From the NCBI GenBank assembly GCA_017619715.1, contig JAFZRS010000008.1:14934-78933 (forward strand): DNA of 64,000 nucleotides, written 5' to 3'. This DNA comes from Oscillospiraceae bacterium. Its GTDB lineage: Bacteria; Bacillota; Clostridia; Oscillospirales; Oscillospiraceae. A program made the translations under genes and the position numbers. Below, one piece after another: positions 45,364-54,096 of this stretch. Below the pieces are notes generated by a model. That model made no database searches, had not been told where the DNA came from, and was given only the letters and a program-made list of their open reading frames with translations. Each line of letters opens with the position of its first letter. Position 1 is the stretch's first letter.

Positions 45364-46028
45364 GCGAAATACGGATCCTCTATGAGGACGCGTGGCTGAC
45401 GGTGGCAGTGAAACCGGTGGGTGTTTTGTCCGAGGACGATCCCAAAAGCGCCTGCATGCCGGAACTGCTGCGCCGTCACTACCGCACCGCCGGGCAGAAC
45501 GACTACATCGCCACCGTACACCGCCTGGATAAAATCGTGGGCGGCGTCATGCTCTTTTCCCGGCGGCGCGATTTTACCGGGAAACTAACGGCAACGATAC
45601 AGAATCGGGAGATCATGAAGGAGTATCTTGCCGTGCTGCGCGGTCACCCGGCGGAGACGAGCGGCACGCTGGTCGATCTGCTGTTTCGGGACGCCGCCCA
45701 CAATAAGAGCTACGTGGTCAGCCGCATGCGTAAGGGCGTGCGGGAGGCAAGCCTCGACTACCGGGAGCTGGCGCGAACAGACGCACTCTCGCTGGTGCGT
45801 GTTCTGCTGCACACCGGACGCACCCATCAGATCCGGGTACAGTTTGCCTCCCGGGGACTTCCCCTGCTGGGCGATATCCGCTACGGAAGTAAGGATCCCG
45901 GCTGCAGCGCCGCGCTGTGGTCGTATCATCTGGCGTTTCGCCACCCTGTCACGGGAAAAACGGTGGACGTTACCTGTCCTCCTCTGGCGGTCTATCCATG
46001 GAATCTCTTCAAAGGGATTCCGTTATGA
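45360..46028 (+). CDS. RluA-family pseudouridine synthase
   Basis: VAVKPVG, VHRLD (catalytic Asp), K.YLAV and TGRTHQIRVQ; ATGA overlap with dac. Confidence 0.92.
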   Translation: MSEIRILYEDAWLTVAVKPVGVLSEDDPKSACMPELLRRHYRTAGQNDYIATVHRLDKIVGGVMLFSRRRDFTGKLTATIQNREIMKEYLAVLRGHPAETSGTLVDLLFRDAAHNKSYVVSRMRKGVREASLDYRELARTDALSLVRVLLHTGRTHQIRVQFASRGLPLLGDIRYGSKDPGCSAALWSYHLAFRHPVTGKTVDVTCPPLAVYPWNLFKGIPL

Positions 46029-46048
46029 CGAGTATTTCAGCGGCAGAT

Positions 46049-46088
46049 AAAAATAGACCCTGTCCCACAAGGGACAGGGTCTATTTTT
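46049..46088. terminator. Bidirectional intrinsic terminator
   Basis: AAAAATAGACCCTGTCCC-ACAA-GGGACAGGGTCTATTTTT, a perfect 18-bp stem. Confidence 0.92.
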
Positions 46089-46120
46089 ATCTGTTAAGCA
46101 ATTTTACTTTACAGAGGATT

Positions 46121-46861
46121 TTATGCCGCACCGTACCGCGTTCCTCGCGTGAGCTGTTCCGCCACGGCAGCAAGAAACGCCCGGTTGCTCGGGCGGTCGC
46201 CTTCCACAGACAGCGTGCTGCCAAAGAAACGGCGCTGTACCTCCATATCGCCGTGTGCCCACGCCTGTTCCAGTGCGCTGCGGATATTGCGCTCCACGCA
46301 GGTGGCTGTGGTTCCGAACTCCCGCGCCAGCGCCGGGTAAAGCTCTTTTGTTACAGCATGTACCCGCTCCGGATTTTCCATCACCATTGCAATGGCACGG
46401 CATGTATAGTGATATCCCTTTACACACATTGGTATACCCAACGTGCGCAGTGCCTCCCGGATCATGGCGTCCCGACAGGGCGAAGAGGCGGACACCATGC
46501 CCATGGCTTTATACAGAAGACGCGGCAATTCCTCCTCGGCAAAAGGCTTGACCAGCAGATGCCGGACACCTTCTTCAATGGCACGAAGCAAAACCTGCTG
46601 TGTGGCGTGGGCTGTGACCACCACCGATACACGCACCAGACCGTCTGCCTGACGCATCAGGGAAAAGCCGTCCAGACCGTTCAGCACCACGTCCGTCACC
46701 AGTATATCCGGACGCAGCGTACGCGCCAGCTCCAGCGCTTCATCGCCGTTTCCCGTGTCCGCCACCACCTCAAAGACGCCGCCGCGCTCGATCACCGGGC
46801 GCATCAGCAGACGGTATTCCTCGTTGCTGTCCGCAATCAGTACACGGATCCGGCACCCCAT
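46121..46861 (-). CDS. Spo0A paralog (receiver domain plus Spo0A C-terminal DNA-binding domain)
   Basis: Receiver IADSNEE...VTDVVLNGLDG...VKPF; effector LGIPMCVKGYHY, VTKELYP..A and TATCVERNIRSALEQAW; AGGAGG RBS. Confidence 0.88.
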   Translation of the reverse strand: MGCRIRVLIADSNEEYRLLMRPVIERGGVFEVVADTGNGDEALELARTLRPDILVTDVVLNGLDGFSLMRQADGLVRVSVVVTAHATQQVLLRAIEEGVRHLLVKPFAEEELPRLLYKAMGMVSASSPCRDAMIREALRTLGIPMCVKGYHYTCRAIAMVMENPERVHAVTKELYPALAREFGTTATCVERNIRSALEQAWAHGDMEVQRRFFGSTLSVEGDRPSNRAFLAAVAEQLTRGTRYGAA

Positions 46862-46929
46862 GGCGTTCGTCCTCCTATCTGCTTCGTCTCCCGCCGCAAA
46901 CAACTGCCTGCGCAACGGGCGCAGAAAAT

Positions 46930-46958
46930 AAGCTACCACAATTCTTTCGGCAATGCAA
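46930..46958 (-). promoter_or_regulatory. Candidate SigA-type promoter of the Spo0A paralog
   Basis: TTGCAT-17 nt-TAGCTT with extended -10 TG. Confidence 0.5.
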
Positions 46959-46975
46959 GCAAAATTTTCACTTTT

Positions 46976-47004
46976 ATCGACAATTTATTCGACAAATATC
47001 GACA
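46976..47004 (-). promoter_or_regulatory. Three tandem 0A-box-like repeats
   Basis: TGTCGAT (46998-47004), TGTCGAA (46988-46994) and TGTCGAT (46976-46982) on the minus strand; consensus 0A box is TGNCGAA. Confidence 0.65.
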
Positions 47005-47029
47005 ATCAACCAAAAAATGACACATGTTT

Positions 47030-47058
47030 GTCTATTATCATAGACTAAAATACGTCTA
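47030..47058. promoter_or_regulatory. Candidate XRE operator half-sites
   Basis: GTCTA-N6-TAGAC-N8-GTCTA immediately upstream of the XRE gene. Confidence 0.4.
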
Positions 47059-47094
47059 CTTTTGCATACAATTTCTCTATAAGGAGTGATCTGT

Positions 47095-47337
47095 ATGCAA
47101 TTTGACAATCGTGCTGTAGGAGATACCGTTAAATCCTTGCGGAAAAAACGCGGGCTGTCGCAGGAGGTTTTAAGCGGGCTGGCAGGTATTGCCCGCACAC
47201 ATCTGACGATGATAGAACGCGGCACAAAACAGCCCAACTTTGAAACGCTGTGGCGCATTGCGCTGGCGCTGGATATGCGACCGAGCGAACTGGTAACTGC
47301 CATTGAGAAAAATACGACAGGAGAGAAACCGCTATAA
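47095..47337 (+). CDS. XRE/Cro-CI family HTH transcriptional regulator (80 aa)
   Basis: KSLRKKRGLSQEVLSGLAGIARTHLTMIERGTKQPNFETLWRIALAL; AAGGAG RBS before ATG 47095. Confidence 0.9.
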   Translation: MQFDNRAVGDTVKSLRKKRGLSQEVLSGLAGIARTHLTMIERGTKQPNFETLWRIALALDMRPSELVTAIEKNTTGEKPL

Positions 47338-47351
47338 TGGCTTCTCTCCTG
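47318..47351. terminator. Stem-loop between convergent spo0A and XRE genes
   Basis: CAGGAGAGAA...TTCTCTCCTG, 10-bp inverted repeat. Confidence 0.45.
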
Positions 47352-47374
47352 CTGTGTTATTGGTATAACTTTCC

Positions 47375-48133
47375 TTATGCCCTTCTTTGCTTCCTCTGCA
47401 AGCTCAAGCGATCGGCGATCATGGCGATGAACTCCGAATTGGTGGGCTTGCCCTTGGCGGAGTTGACCGTATAGCCGAAGTACTTTTGCAGCGTATCCAA
47501 ATCGCCCCGGTCCCATGCCACCTCGATGGCGTGGCGAATGGCGCGCTCCACCCGGGAGGCGGTGGTATCGAAGCGGTGCGCTACCTCGGGATAAAGCACC
47601 TTGGTAACGGCGTTGATGACGTCCATGTCCGCCACGGCGATCAGAATTGCCTCGCGCAGATACTGGTACCCCTTGATATGGGCAGGGACGCCAATCTCGT
47701 GGATAATGGCGGTCACCTGACGCTCCAGCGCAGGGGCGGCTTCCTCCACAGACGGTTCCTCCTGCCGCAACGCCCGGCGCATATGCTCCAGCAGCGACGT
47801 TTCGCTGACCGGCTTGGCGAGAAACGCGCACACGTCCAGCTCCGCCGCCTCCGATGCTGCACGCTCCGTGCAAAAAGCGGACACGATCAGAACCTTGGGT
47901 TCCTTTTCCAGTTCCGCACACCGGCGGATCAGTCCGAATCCGTCCAGTCCCGGCAGCACCAGATCGGTGATGAGCAACGCCGGATTCACCTGACGCACCA
48001 GTTCCCATGCCTCCATCCCGTCTCCGGCAGCGCCTGCCACCTCAAACTCCCCACTCTCTTCAATACTCTTTGTCAATAATGCCCGGAACTCCTCGCTGCC
48101 GTCGGCGAGGATCACTTTGCCCCTGTTTTCCAT
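47375..48133 (-). CDS. spo0A: Stage 0 sporulation master regulator
   Basis: Canonical effector [20 protein letters not shown]...VTKVLYP...[18 protein letters not shown]...[13 protein letters not shown]; lies downstream of spoIVB as in other spore formers. Confidence 0.96.
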   Translation of the reverse strand: MENRGKVILADGSEEFRALLTKSIEESGEFEVAGAAGDGMEAWELVRQVNPALLITDLVLPGLDGFGLIRRCAELEKEPKVLIVSAFCTERAASEAAELDVCAFLAKPVSETSLLEHMRRALRQEEPSVEEAAPALERQVTAIIHEIGVPAHIKGYQYLREAILIAVADMDVINAVTKVLYPEVAHRFDTTASRVERAIRHAIEVAWDRGDLDTLQKYFGYTVNSAKGKPTNSEFIAMIADRLSLQRKQRRA

Positions 48134-48253
48134 GGATATACGTCCTCTTTCCACTTTAATATTACAGCGCACTGCATTTTCACGACAATACAACATCTGT
48201 CGCTTGGCCTGCCTATAATGTAGCAGGATCGGACAGTTTTTTCCCGCGAGTTT

Positions 48254-48260
48254 TGTCGAA
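48254..48260 (+). promoter_or_regulatory. 0A box upstream of spo0A (autoregulation)
   Basis: Exact TGTCGAA about 120 nt upstream of the spo0A start. Confidence 0.55.
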
Positions 48261-48351
48261 ACTGTCCCGGAATCGTTCGACTTTTTCTGACGTGGTACAG
48301 CATGTAAAGAACCGGCACGGCGGGAAAGATCTCCCGCCGCGCCGGTTTCGA

Positions 48352-49380
48352 TCAGCCGGTCATTTTCAACATATTTTCTATGAAAATGCCGTAGCCTTGC
48401 GTGGGGTCGTTCACCAGAACGTGCGTCACCGCGCCCACAAATTTGCCGTTTTGGATAATGGGGCTGCCGCTCATGCCCTGCACAATGCCGCCCGTGGTAT
48501 CCAACAGACGCTCATCGGTGACACGCAACAACAGATCACGCATATCCTGCTTATGAGGATACAATCGAACGATCTCCACCTCATAGCTCTCCGTCTCGTC
48601 GCCGGAAACCGTGCAAAGGATTGTGGCCGGACCCAGACGCACCTCCGAAGGCGATGCCACCGGCAGCGCCTGGCCGGCGTCGGCAAAGCTGCCGTCCGCC
48701 ACGATACCGAAGATGCCGGCGCTGGTATTCGCCGACACCGTGCCTACATCGCGCTGCACGGAAAAGTCGCCTTTCAATTCACCGGGATCGCCGCGCTGAC
48801 CTTTTTTCACCGCCTTGACACTGGTTTCCATAATGGAACCGGAGCTCAAGGGCATCAGCACGTGGGTATCCACGTCTGTGATGCCGTGACCCAGCGCACC
48901 GTAATTTCCGGTGGTTGGGTCATAATAGGTCAGTGTGCCGATCCCCGCCATGCTGTCCCGGATCCACACGCCCAGACGGTATACGCCGTCGTCACACAGC
49001 AGCGGACAGGTCTCCATCACCGCCGTTTTATCGCCCCGCCGAACAGTCAGCGTAACGGGCGTATCCGCGTTCTCCTGCAAAACAGACTGCAAATGCTCCG
49101 TCGATTGGATCTCCTCACCGTTGATCCGGAGAATCAGGTCTCCTTCCTGCAAGCCGCAGTCTTCCGCGGGAGATCGCTCTCCCTCTTGCAATTCCGAGGT
49201 GGATACCACCAGCACGCCGTCGGCAAACAGCTTGATGCCGACGGCTCGTCCCATGGGGATCAACTGCCGAGGACCGCCTTCCGCCCAAGCCGGCTGCCAT
49301 TGGAGGGATAGCGCCAGCAAAATCGATAGAAGCAGTCCCGCACTCCGCCGCAAAATGGATGGTCGCCGCGTTTCATGCAT
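48352..49380 (-). CDS. spoIVB: SpoIVB serine peptidase
   Basis: [11 protein letters not shown] domain, [22 protein letters not shown] and [12 protein letters not shown]. Confidence 0.95.
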   Translation of the reverse strand: MHETRRPSILRRSAGLLLSILLALSLQWQPAWAEGGPRQLIPMGRAVGIKLFADGVLVVSTSELQEGERSPAEDCGLQEGDLILRINGEEIQSTEHLQSVLQENADTPVTLTVRRGDKTAVMETCPLLCDDGVYRLGVWIRDSMAGIGTLTYYDPTTGNYGALGHGITDVDTHVLMPLSSGSIMETSVKAVKKGQRGDPGELKGDFSVQRDVGTVSANTSAGIFGIVADGSFADAGQALPVASPSEVRLGPATILCTVSGDETESYEVEIVRLYPHKQDMRDLLLRVTDERLLDTTGGIVQGMSGSPIIQNGKFVGAVTHVLVNDPTQGYGIFIENMLKMTG

Positions 49381-49421
49381 TGGATCACCCCTTGTTTGAT
49401 TTTCGTCGCCGGCGACAGACT

Positions 49422-49451
49422 TACTTTGCGCCAAAATGCGGCTGTTTATGA
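49422..49451 (-). promoter_or_regulatory. Possible forespore sigma (SigG/SigF-type) promoter of spoIVB
   Basis: TCATA-18 nt-CAAAGTA; spoIVB is forespore-expressed in Bacillus; weak match. Confidence 0.3.
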
Positions 49452-49571
49452 CGATCAAAATAAGGAAACAGCGGCACATTTTCATAAAAGCAAAACGCCG
49501 CGGCAAATTACGATCTCTACTCTTCGCGCCGTGCGCGGCGCAAACTCTGCGAGGCTTTTTTTGACAAGTTG

Positions 49572-49606
49572 AGCAAAACGCCGCGACGGTGTCGCGGCGT
49601 TTTGCT
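49572..49606 (-). terminator. Probable terminator after ftsZ
   Basis: AGCAAAACGCCGCGAC-GGT-GTCGCGGCGTTTTGCT, a perfect 16-bp stem. Confidence 0.75.
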
Positions 49607-49630
49607 GTATTGGTACTTTTTTAATGATTC

Positions 49631-50728
49631 TCAAAAATCCTTATTTTGGAAAATCCGGAGAATGTCCTCAAACTCGCCCTTGTCATCGGCAGTCTGCGCA
49701 TCGGGCGCACCCTCTTCGCTGAGCGGATTGAGCGGCTGTACGCCGGCTGCCGGGGATTGCTGGGCGGCGCTGCTGTCGGAAAAGCCGGTGGCGATAATGG
49801 TCACGCGCATCTCGTCGTCCAGCGACTCGTCGAAGGTGGCGCCGAAAATCGTAAGCGCATCGGGATGTACCGCTTGCTGTACCAGCGTCGCCGCCTGCTC
49901 CACCTCCTCCAGACCGATGTCTGCCGAGCCGGTGATGTTGATGAGCAGTCCGCCTGCACCGTTGATAGAGGTCTCCAGCAGCGGGCTGGAAATCGCCATA
50001 CGGGCGGCCTCTTCCGCCTTGTTCTTGCCGGCGGCGCGACCCACGCCCATGTGGGCAAATCCCGCATCTTTCATCACTGCGGTCACGTCCGCAAAGTCCA
50101 GATTAATAAAGCCCACGCCGCTGATGAGATCGGAAATGGACTGCACCGCCTGATACAGCACGTCGTCTGCAATGGCAAAGGCATTGGCAAACGTGATCTT
50201 TTCATCGGTGGCAAATTTCAGCCGCTCATTGGGAATGATGACAAGAGAATCCACCTTGCCGCGCAGCTCCTCGATCCCAGCCTCCGCCTGCGCCATGCGG
50301 CGGCGACCTTCAAAACCGAAGGGCTTGGTGACCACGCCCACCGTCAAAACGCCCTGCTCACGGGCGATCTCCGCCACCACGGGAGCGGCGCCTGTACCGG
50401 TTCCGCCGCCCATGCCGGCGGTGATAAACACCATATCGGTATTCTCCAGCGCCTTGGTGATCTGATTGCGGCTCTCCTCGGCGGCTTTGCGTCCCACCTC
50501 GGGATTGGAGCCGGCGCCCTTGCCGCCCGTCAGTTTCTCACCGATCTGTATTTTATAGGTGGCGCTGGACGCGTTCAACGCCTGCTTATCCGTATTGACG
50601 GCGATGAAATCCACGCCCTTTGTCCCGGAGCGTACCATGCGGTTGACCACATTGTTGCCGCCGCCGCCAACGCCTACCACCTTGATGCTGACTACGTTCT
50701 CTACGCCTGTTTCCAATCCAAAAGCCAT
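49631..50728 (-). CDS. ftsZ: Cell division GTPase
   Basis: [23 protein letters not shown] and NLDFADV; AGGAGG RBS before MAFGLE. Confidence 0.98.
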   Translation of the reverse strand: MAFGLETGVENVVSIKVVGVGGGGNNVVNRMVRSGTKGVDFIAVNTDKQALNASSATYKIQIGEKLTGGKGAGSNPEVGRKAAEESRNQITKALENTDMVFITAGMGGGTGTGAAPVVAEIAREQGVLTVGVVTKPFGFEGRRRMAQAEAGIEELRGKVDSLVIIPNERLKFATDEKITFANAFAIADDVLYQAVQSISDLISGVGFINLDFADVTAVMKDAGFAHMGVGRAAGKNKAEEAARMAISSPLLETSINGAGGLLINITGSADIGLEEVEQAATLVQQAVHPDALTIFGATFDESLDDEMRVTIIATGFSDSSAAQQSPAAGVQPLNPLSEEGAPDAQTADDKGEFEDILRIFQNKDF

Positions 50729-50888
50729 GACGGTTCCTCCTGCCATCTCTTGTATTTCAAAGACGGATTATCTGCTGTTTACCCCAAGATAGCGTATTTT
50801 ATTTTATTGTATTACGGATTGTGCCGCAGGTCAAGTACTCTGTCCCCTTTTTGCTAAAAAAACTTCGATAAAAAAGGGACGCGGCCAT

Positions 50889-51641
50889 TCAACGGGGAAT
50901 GAAGTTTACCTTCTGATCCTGCATCATATTGATGATGCCTCGCTCGTTGTCCTCCAAACGCTCCACCACTGCCATAAGATAGTTCATTTTATACTCCATA
51001 TCCGCACCCCATGGCAGCGTGACGGTAAAGCGGTCCAGATATCCCATGGTCACGGCGGAGGGATCCTCCAAATGGATTTCCTGTACGTCGGCGAGCATTT
51101 CCCTGTCACGAAGCGCCTTGAGCAGTTCCAAAAGCTGATCGCGGGCGGGACGGTTCTCTTCCGGCGCGTCGATTACCGCCCCCACCTGCGGCTGGAAAAT
51201 CGTCACGCCGGTTACGATGCCGCAGCCGCTTGCCTCGGACGCGGTATCTACAATTTTTCCGCTGCCGGAGATTAGAAAGAATGTGCCGTCGTGCTCAATT
51301 GCCACAGTGGCTTTGCACTCCGTGACGTGAATACAAAGCGTGCTGGGAAGACGCCGGGTGATCTGCACCTGCTCGACATAATTGAGCCGTGAGGTGATGC
51401 GTCCCGCCGCGTCATATTTATCCATTAAAAAGAGATTGCTGCCTGTCTGTATGCCGCAGGCGTCCACGATCTCCTGCTGTGAATAACGCTCCGCGCCGGT
51501 CACTTCAATCGTCTCCACCTTGAAAAACAGCGCCAGCGCCGCCACAATGGCGCCGCAGATGACCAAAAAGGTCAGCAAGCGGTAGAGGAAGGCAAACCTT
51601 CCTCTCCTGCTCCTGCGATTGCGTCTTCTGCGTCTTGCCAT
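50889..51641 (-). CDS. ftsQ: Cell division protein FtsQ/DivIB
   Basis: Basic N-terminus, single TM helix, POTRA-like FFKVETIEVTG...YVEQVQITRRLPSTL; located before ftsZ. Confidence 0.85.
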   Translation of the reverse strand: MARRRRRNRRSRRGRFAFLYRLLTFLVICGAIVAALALFFKVETIEVTGAERYSQQEIVDACGIQTGSNLFLMDKYDAAGRITSRLNYVEQVQITRRLPSTLCIHVTECKATVAIEHDGTFFLISGSGKIVDTASEASGCGIVTGVTIFQPQVGAVIDAPEENRPARDQLLELLKALRDREMLADVQEIHLEDPSAVTMGYLDRFTVTLPWGADMEYKMNYLMAVVERLEDNERGIINMMQDQKVNFIPR

Positions 51642-51650
51642 ATGCTGCTC

Positions 51651-52907
51651 CTATTTTTTGATCTCTCTGACCGCGGCGCCCAGTCGGCGCAAATCGCCGG
51701 GCAGGTCGCCGTATCCTCTTTTGATATGGTGGATTTCCCCCACCTCAGTGACGCCGTCTGCCTGCAAGCCTGCCAGCACCAGTGCCGCACCGCCCCGCAG
51801 ATCGGTACAGCGTACCGGCGCGCCGCGCAGACGCTTCACGCCGTATAGCACCGCCACAGGGCCTTCCAAACGGATATCCGCGCCCAACCGCGCCAGCTCC
51901 GCCACGTGACGGTAGCGATTTTGAAACATATTCTCCACAAACACCGTCGTACCGCTCGAGCGCAGCAGTGCCGCCATGAGCACCGCCTGGGCATCGGTGG
52001 GAAAGCCGGGATAGGGCGATGTTCGAACCGGACAGATGCCACGCAACGCGCCGCCGCTGGTGAGATGAATCCACTGCTCACCGCTGCTGACACGGCAGCC
52101 TGCCTGACACAGCGCCGTGGTGACGGTGGACAAGTGCCGGTAATCCACGCCGCGCAGGCATATATCGCCGCCTGTAGCGGCTGCAGCGCAGAGATATGTA
52201 GCGGCGGCAATGCGATCTCCGATACATCGGTGGCGGCAGCCGTGGAGCGGTCTGCCGCCCTCTACGGTTACTGTGGACGTGCCCGCGCCGCGCACCTCCG
52301 CACCCATTTTACACAAAAAATTCTGCAGGTCTACGATCTCCGGCTCTCGGGCGGCGTTGGTGATGACCGTGGTGCCGCCCACGCCGCAGGCTGCTAAAAT
52401 GGCGTTTTCCGTAGCGCCCACACTGGGAAGTCCCAATACAATCTCCGCGCCGCGCAGTTTTCCGCCGCTGCAGCAAAGCCTGCCGCCCGATTCCTCCACC
52501 TGTGCGCCCAGCATCCGCAGTGCGCTCAAATGCAGGTCGATGGGACGCGGTCCCAACTCGCAGCCGCCCGGATAACTCAACTCCGCACGGCCGCAGCGTG
52601 CCAGAATCGCACCCAGAAAAATCACCGATGAGCGCATTCGGCGCATCATCTCGTCAGGAATCTCGCCGCGGCACAGCGGCGCGCTGTCCACGATCAGATC
52701 CTCGCCCTGCCACTGCACCCGGCAACCCAGGTGACGCAGGATCGCCCCGCTGGCATCTACGTCCTCCAGCCGGGGGCAGTTCTCTATCACGCAGGTATCC
52801 CCGCATAAAATGGTCGCCGCCAAAATGGGCAGCACGCTGTTCTTTGCGCTCTGTACCGTCAGCTCGCCTTGCAGCGTTCTGCCGCCCTCTACCGCGATCA
52901 CGTTCAT
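51651..52907 (-). CDS. murA: UDP-N-acetylglucosamine 1-carboxyvinyltransferase
   Basis: AKNSVLP, PGGCELGPRPIDLH (active Cys), SVGATEN, AAREPE and PYPGFPTD. Confidence 0.95.
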   Translation of the reverse strand: MNVIAVEGGRTLQGELTVQSAKNSVLPILAATILCGDTCVIENCPRLEDVDASGAILRHLGCRVQWQGEDLIVDSAPLCRGEIPDEMMRRMRSSVIFLGAILARCGRAELSYPGGCELGPRPIDLHLSALRMLGAQVEESGGRLCCSGGKLRGAEIVLGLPSVGATENAILAACGVGGTTVITNAAREPEIVDLQNFLCKMGAEVRGAGTSTVTVEGGRPLHGCRHRCIGDRIAAATYLCAAAATGGDICLRGVDYRHLSTVTTALCQAGCRVSSGEQWIHLTSGGALRGICPVRTSPYPGFPTDAQAVLMAALLRSSGTTVFVENMFQNRYRHVAELARLGADIRLEGPVAVLYGVKRLRGAPVRCTDLRGGAALVLAGLQADGVTEVGEIHHIKRGYGDLPGDLRRLGAAVREIKK

Positions 52908-52967
52908 CCTCCGCCCCGCCTTTCATCGCTTTTTCAAGCCATTCTATGCGGGGCAAGCGCGGCAGGG

Positions 52968-54086
52968 TTACCGCGTCAGCGCCATCACAGTGTCGTAGAT
53001 CCGCTCGGTTGCGTTCAAAATACCCATGGACGCCATACCGCGCCGCATCGCCGCGCGGCGTTCCTCATTGCCCAGGATCTCCGCCGCGGCGCGATAGAGC
53101 ATATCGCCGGTGCAATCCGCCTCCAATATGACCTGCGCGCCGCCGCGCTGTTCCAGAATTCGGGCGTTCTTCTCCTGATGATTGTTGGGTACATACGGCG
53201 AGGGTACCACAATTGCCGGTACCGCCAGCGCGGTAATTTCGCTGACGGTGGAGGCGCCTGCCCGACAGATCACCAGATCCGCCGCGCGCATGACCACCGC
53301 CATATCATAAATATACTCCCGCACGTCAAGCGACGCACACTTGTCCAATCCCCGGGCGGCCAGTTCACGGCGCATGACTTCCCAGCGGCGGCGTCCCACC
53401 GCGTGGATATGGTGGAACGGCTCGCCGTTTTCCTTCTCACAGCGAAAAAAGTCCAACATATGCTCGTTCATATAGTCTGCGCCTAAACTGCCCCAGAAGG
53501 ATACCACCAACGCTCGCCCGTCAGTCAGTCCCAGCTTTTGACGTGCCTGGGAATGGGACAGGTCAAAGAAATCGCCCCGTACCGGCGTGCCGGTAACCAC
53601 TACTTTATCCGGCCGGCGGTAGTGCTGCCGACATTCCTCAAAGCCCACCATGATGCGTCCGGCATACCGCTCCAGCATCTTTGTGGTCAGCCCCGGCACC
53701 ATGTTGGATTCATGCACCGCCGTGGGAATGCCCGCCTTTGCCGCGCACCGGATGATGGGATAGCTTGCGTAGCCGCCCGTACCCACCACCAGATCCGGCT
53801 GAAACTCCCGCAGGATCGTCTGTGCCTCACGGGGCGCGGTGACGAGATGGCGCAGCGTCCGGCCGTTCTCTCGCAGACCGTTCCATGAAATATTCCGGGA
53901 AAAACCGGATATTTTGACCGCGCGAAACGCATAGCCGTTCTGCTCCACCAGACGCCGCTCCATTCCGTCGGGTGTGCCGACAAACAGCACCTCCACGCCG
54001 GGAAGCCTCTGCTCCATATATCCTGCCAGCGCCAATGCCGGATTCACGTGCCCGGCACTGCCGCCGCAGGTGAAAATCACCTTCAT
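52968..54086 (-). CDS. murG: Lipid II GlcNAc transferase
   Basis: GGSAGHVNPA, GGYAS, HESN, GTPVR, GSLG and RAGAST. Confidence 0.96.
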   Translation of the reverse strand: MKVIFTCGGSAGHVNPALALAGYMEQRLPGVEVLFVGTPDGMERRLVEQNGYAFRAVKISGFSRNISWNGLRENGRTLRHLVTAPREAQTILREFQPDLVVGTGGYASYPIIRCAAKAGIPTAVHESNMVPGLTTKMLERYAGRIMVGFEECRQHYRRPDKVVVTGTPVRGDFFDLSHSQARQKLGLTDGRALVVSFWGSLGADYMNEHMLDFFRCEKENGEPFHHIHAVGRRRWEVMRRELAARGLDKCASLDVREYIYDMAVVMRAADLVICRAGASTVSEITALAVPAIVVPSPYVPNNHQEKNARILEQRGGAQVILEADCTGDMLYRAAAEILGNEERRAAMRRGMASMGILNATERIYDTVMALTR

Positions 54087-54096
54087 ACGCCGCCCC

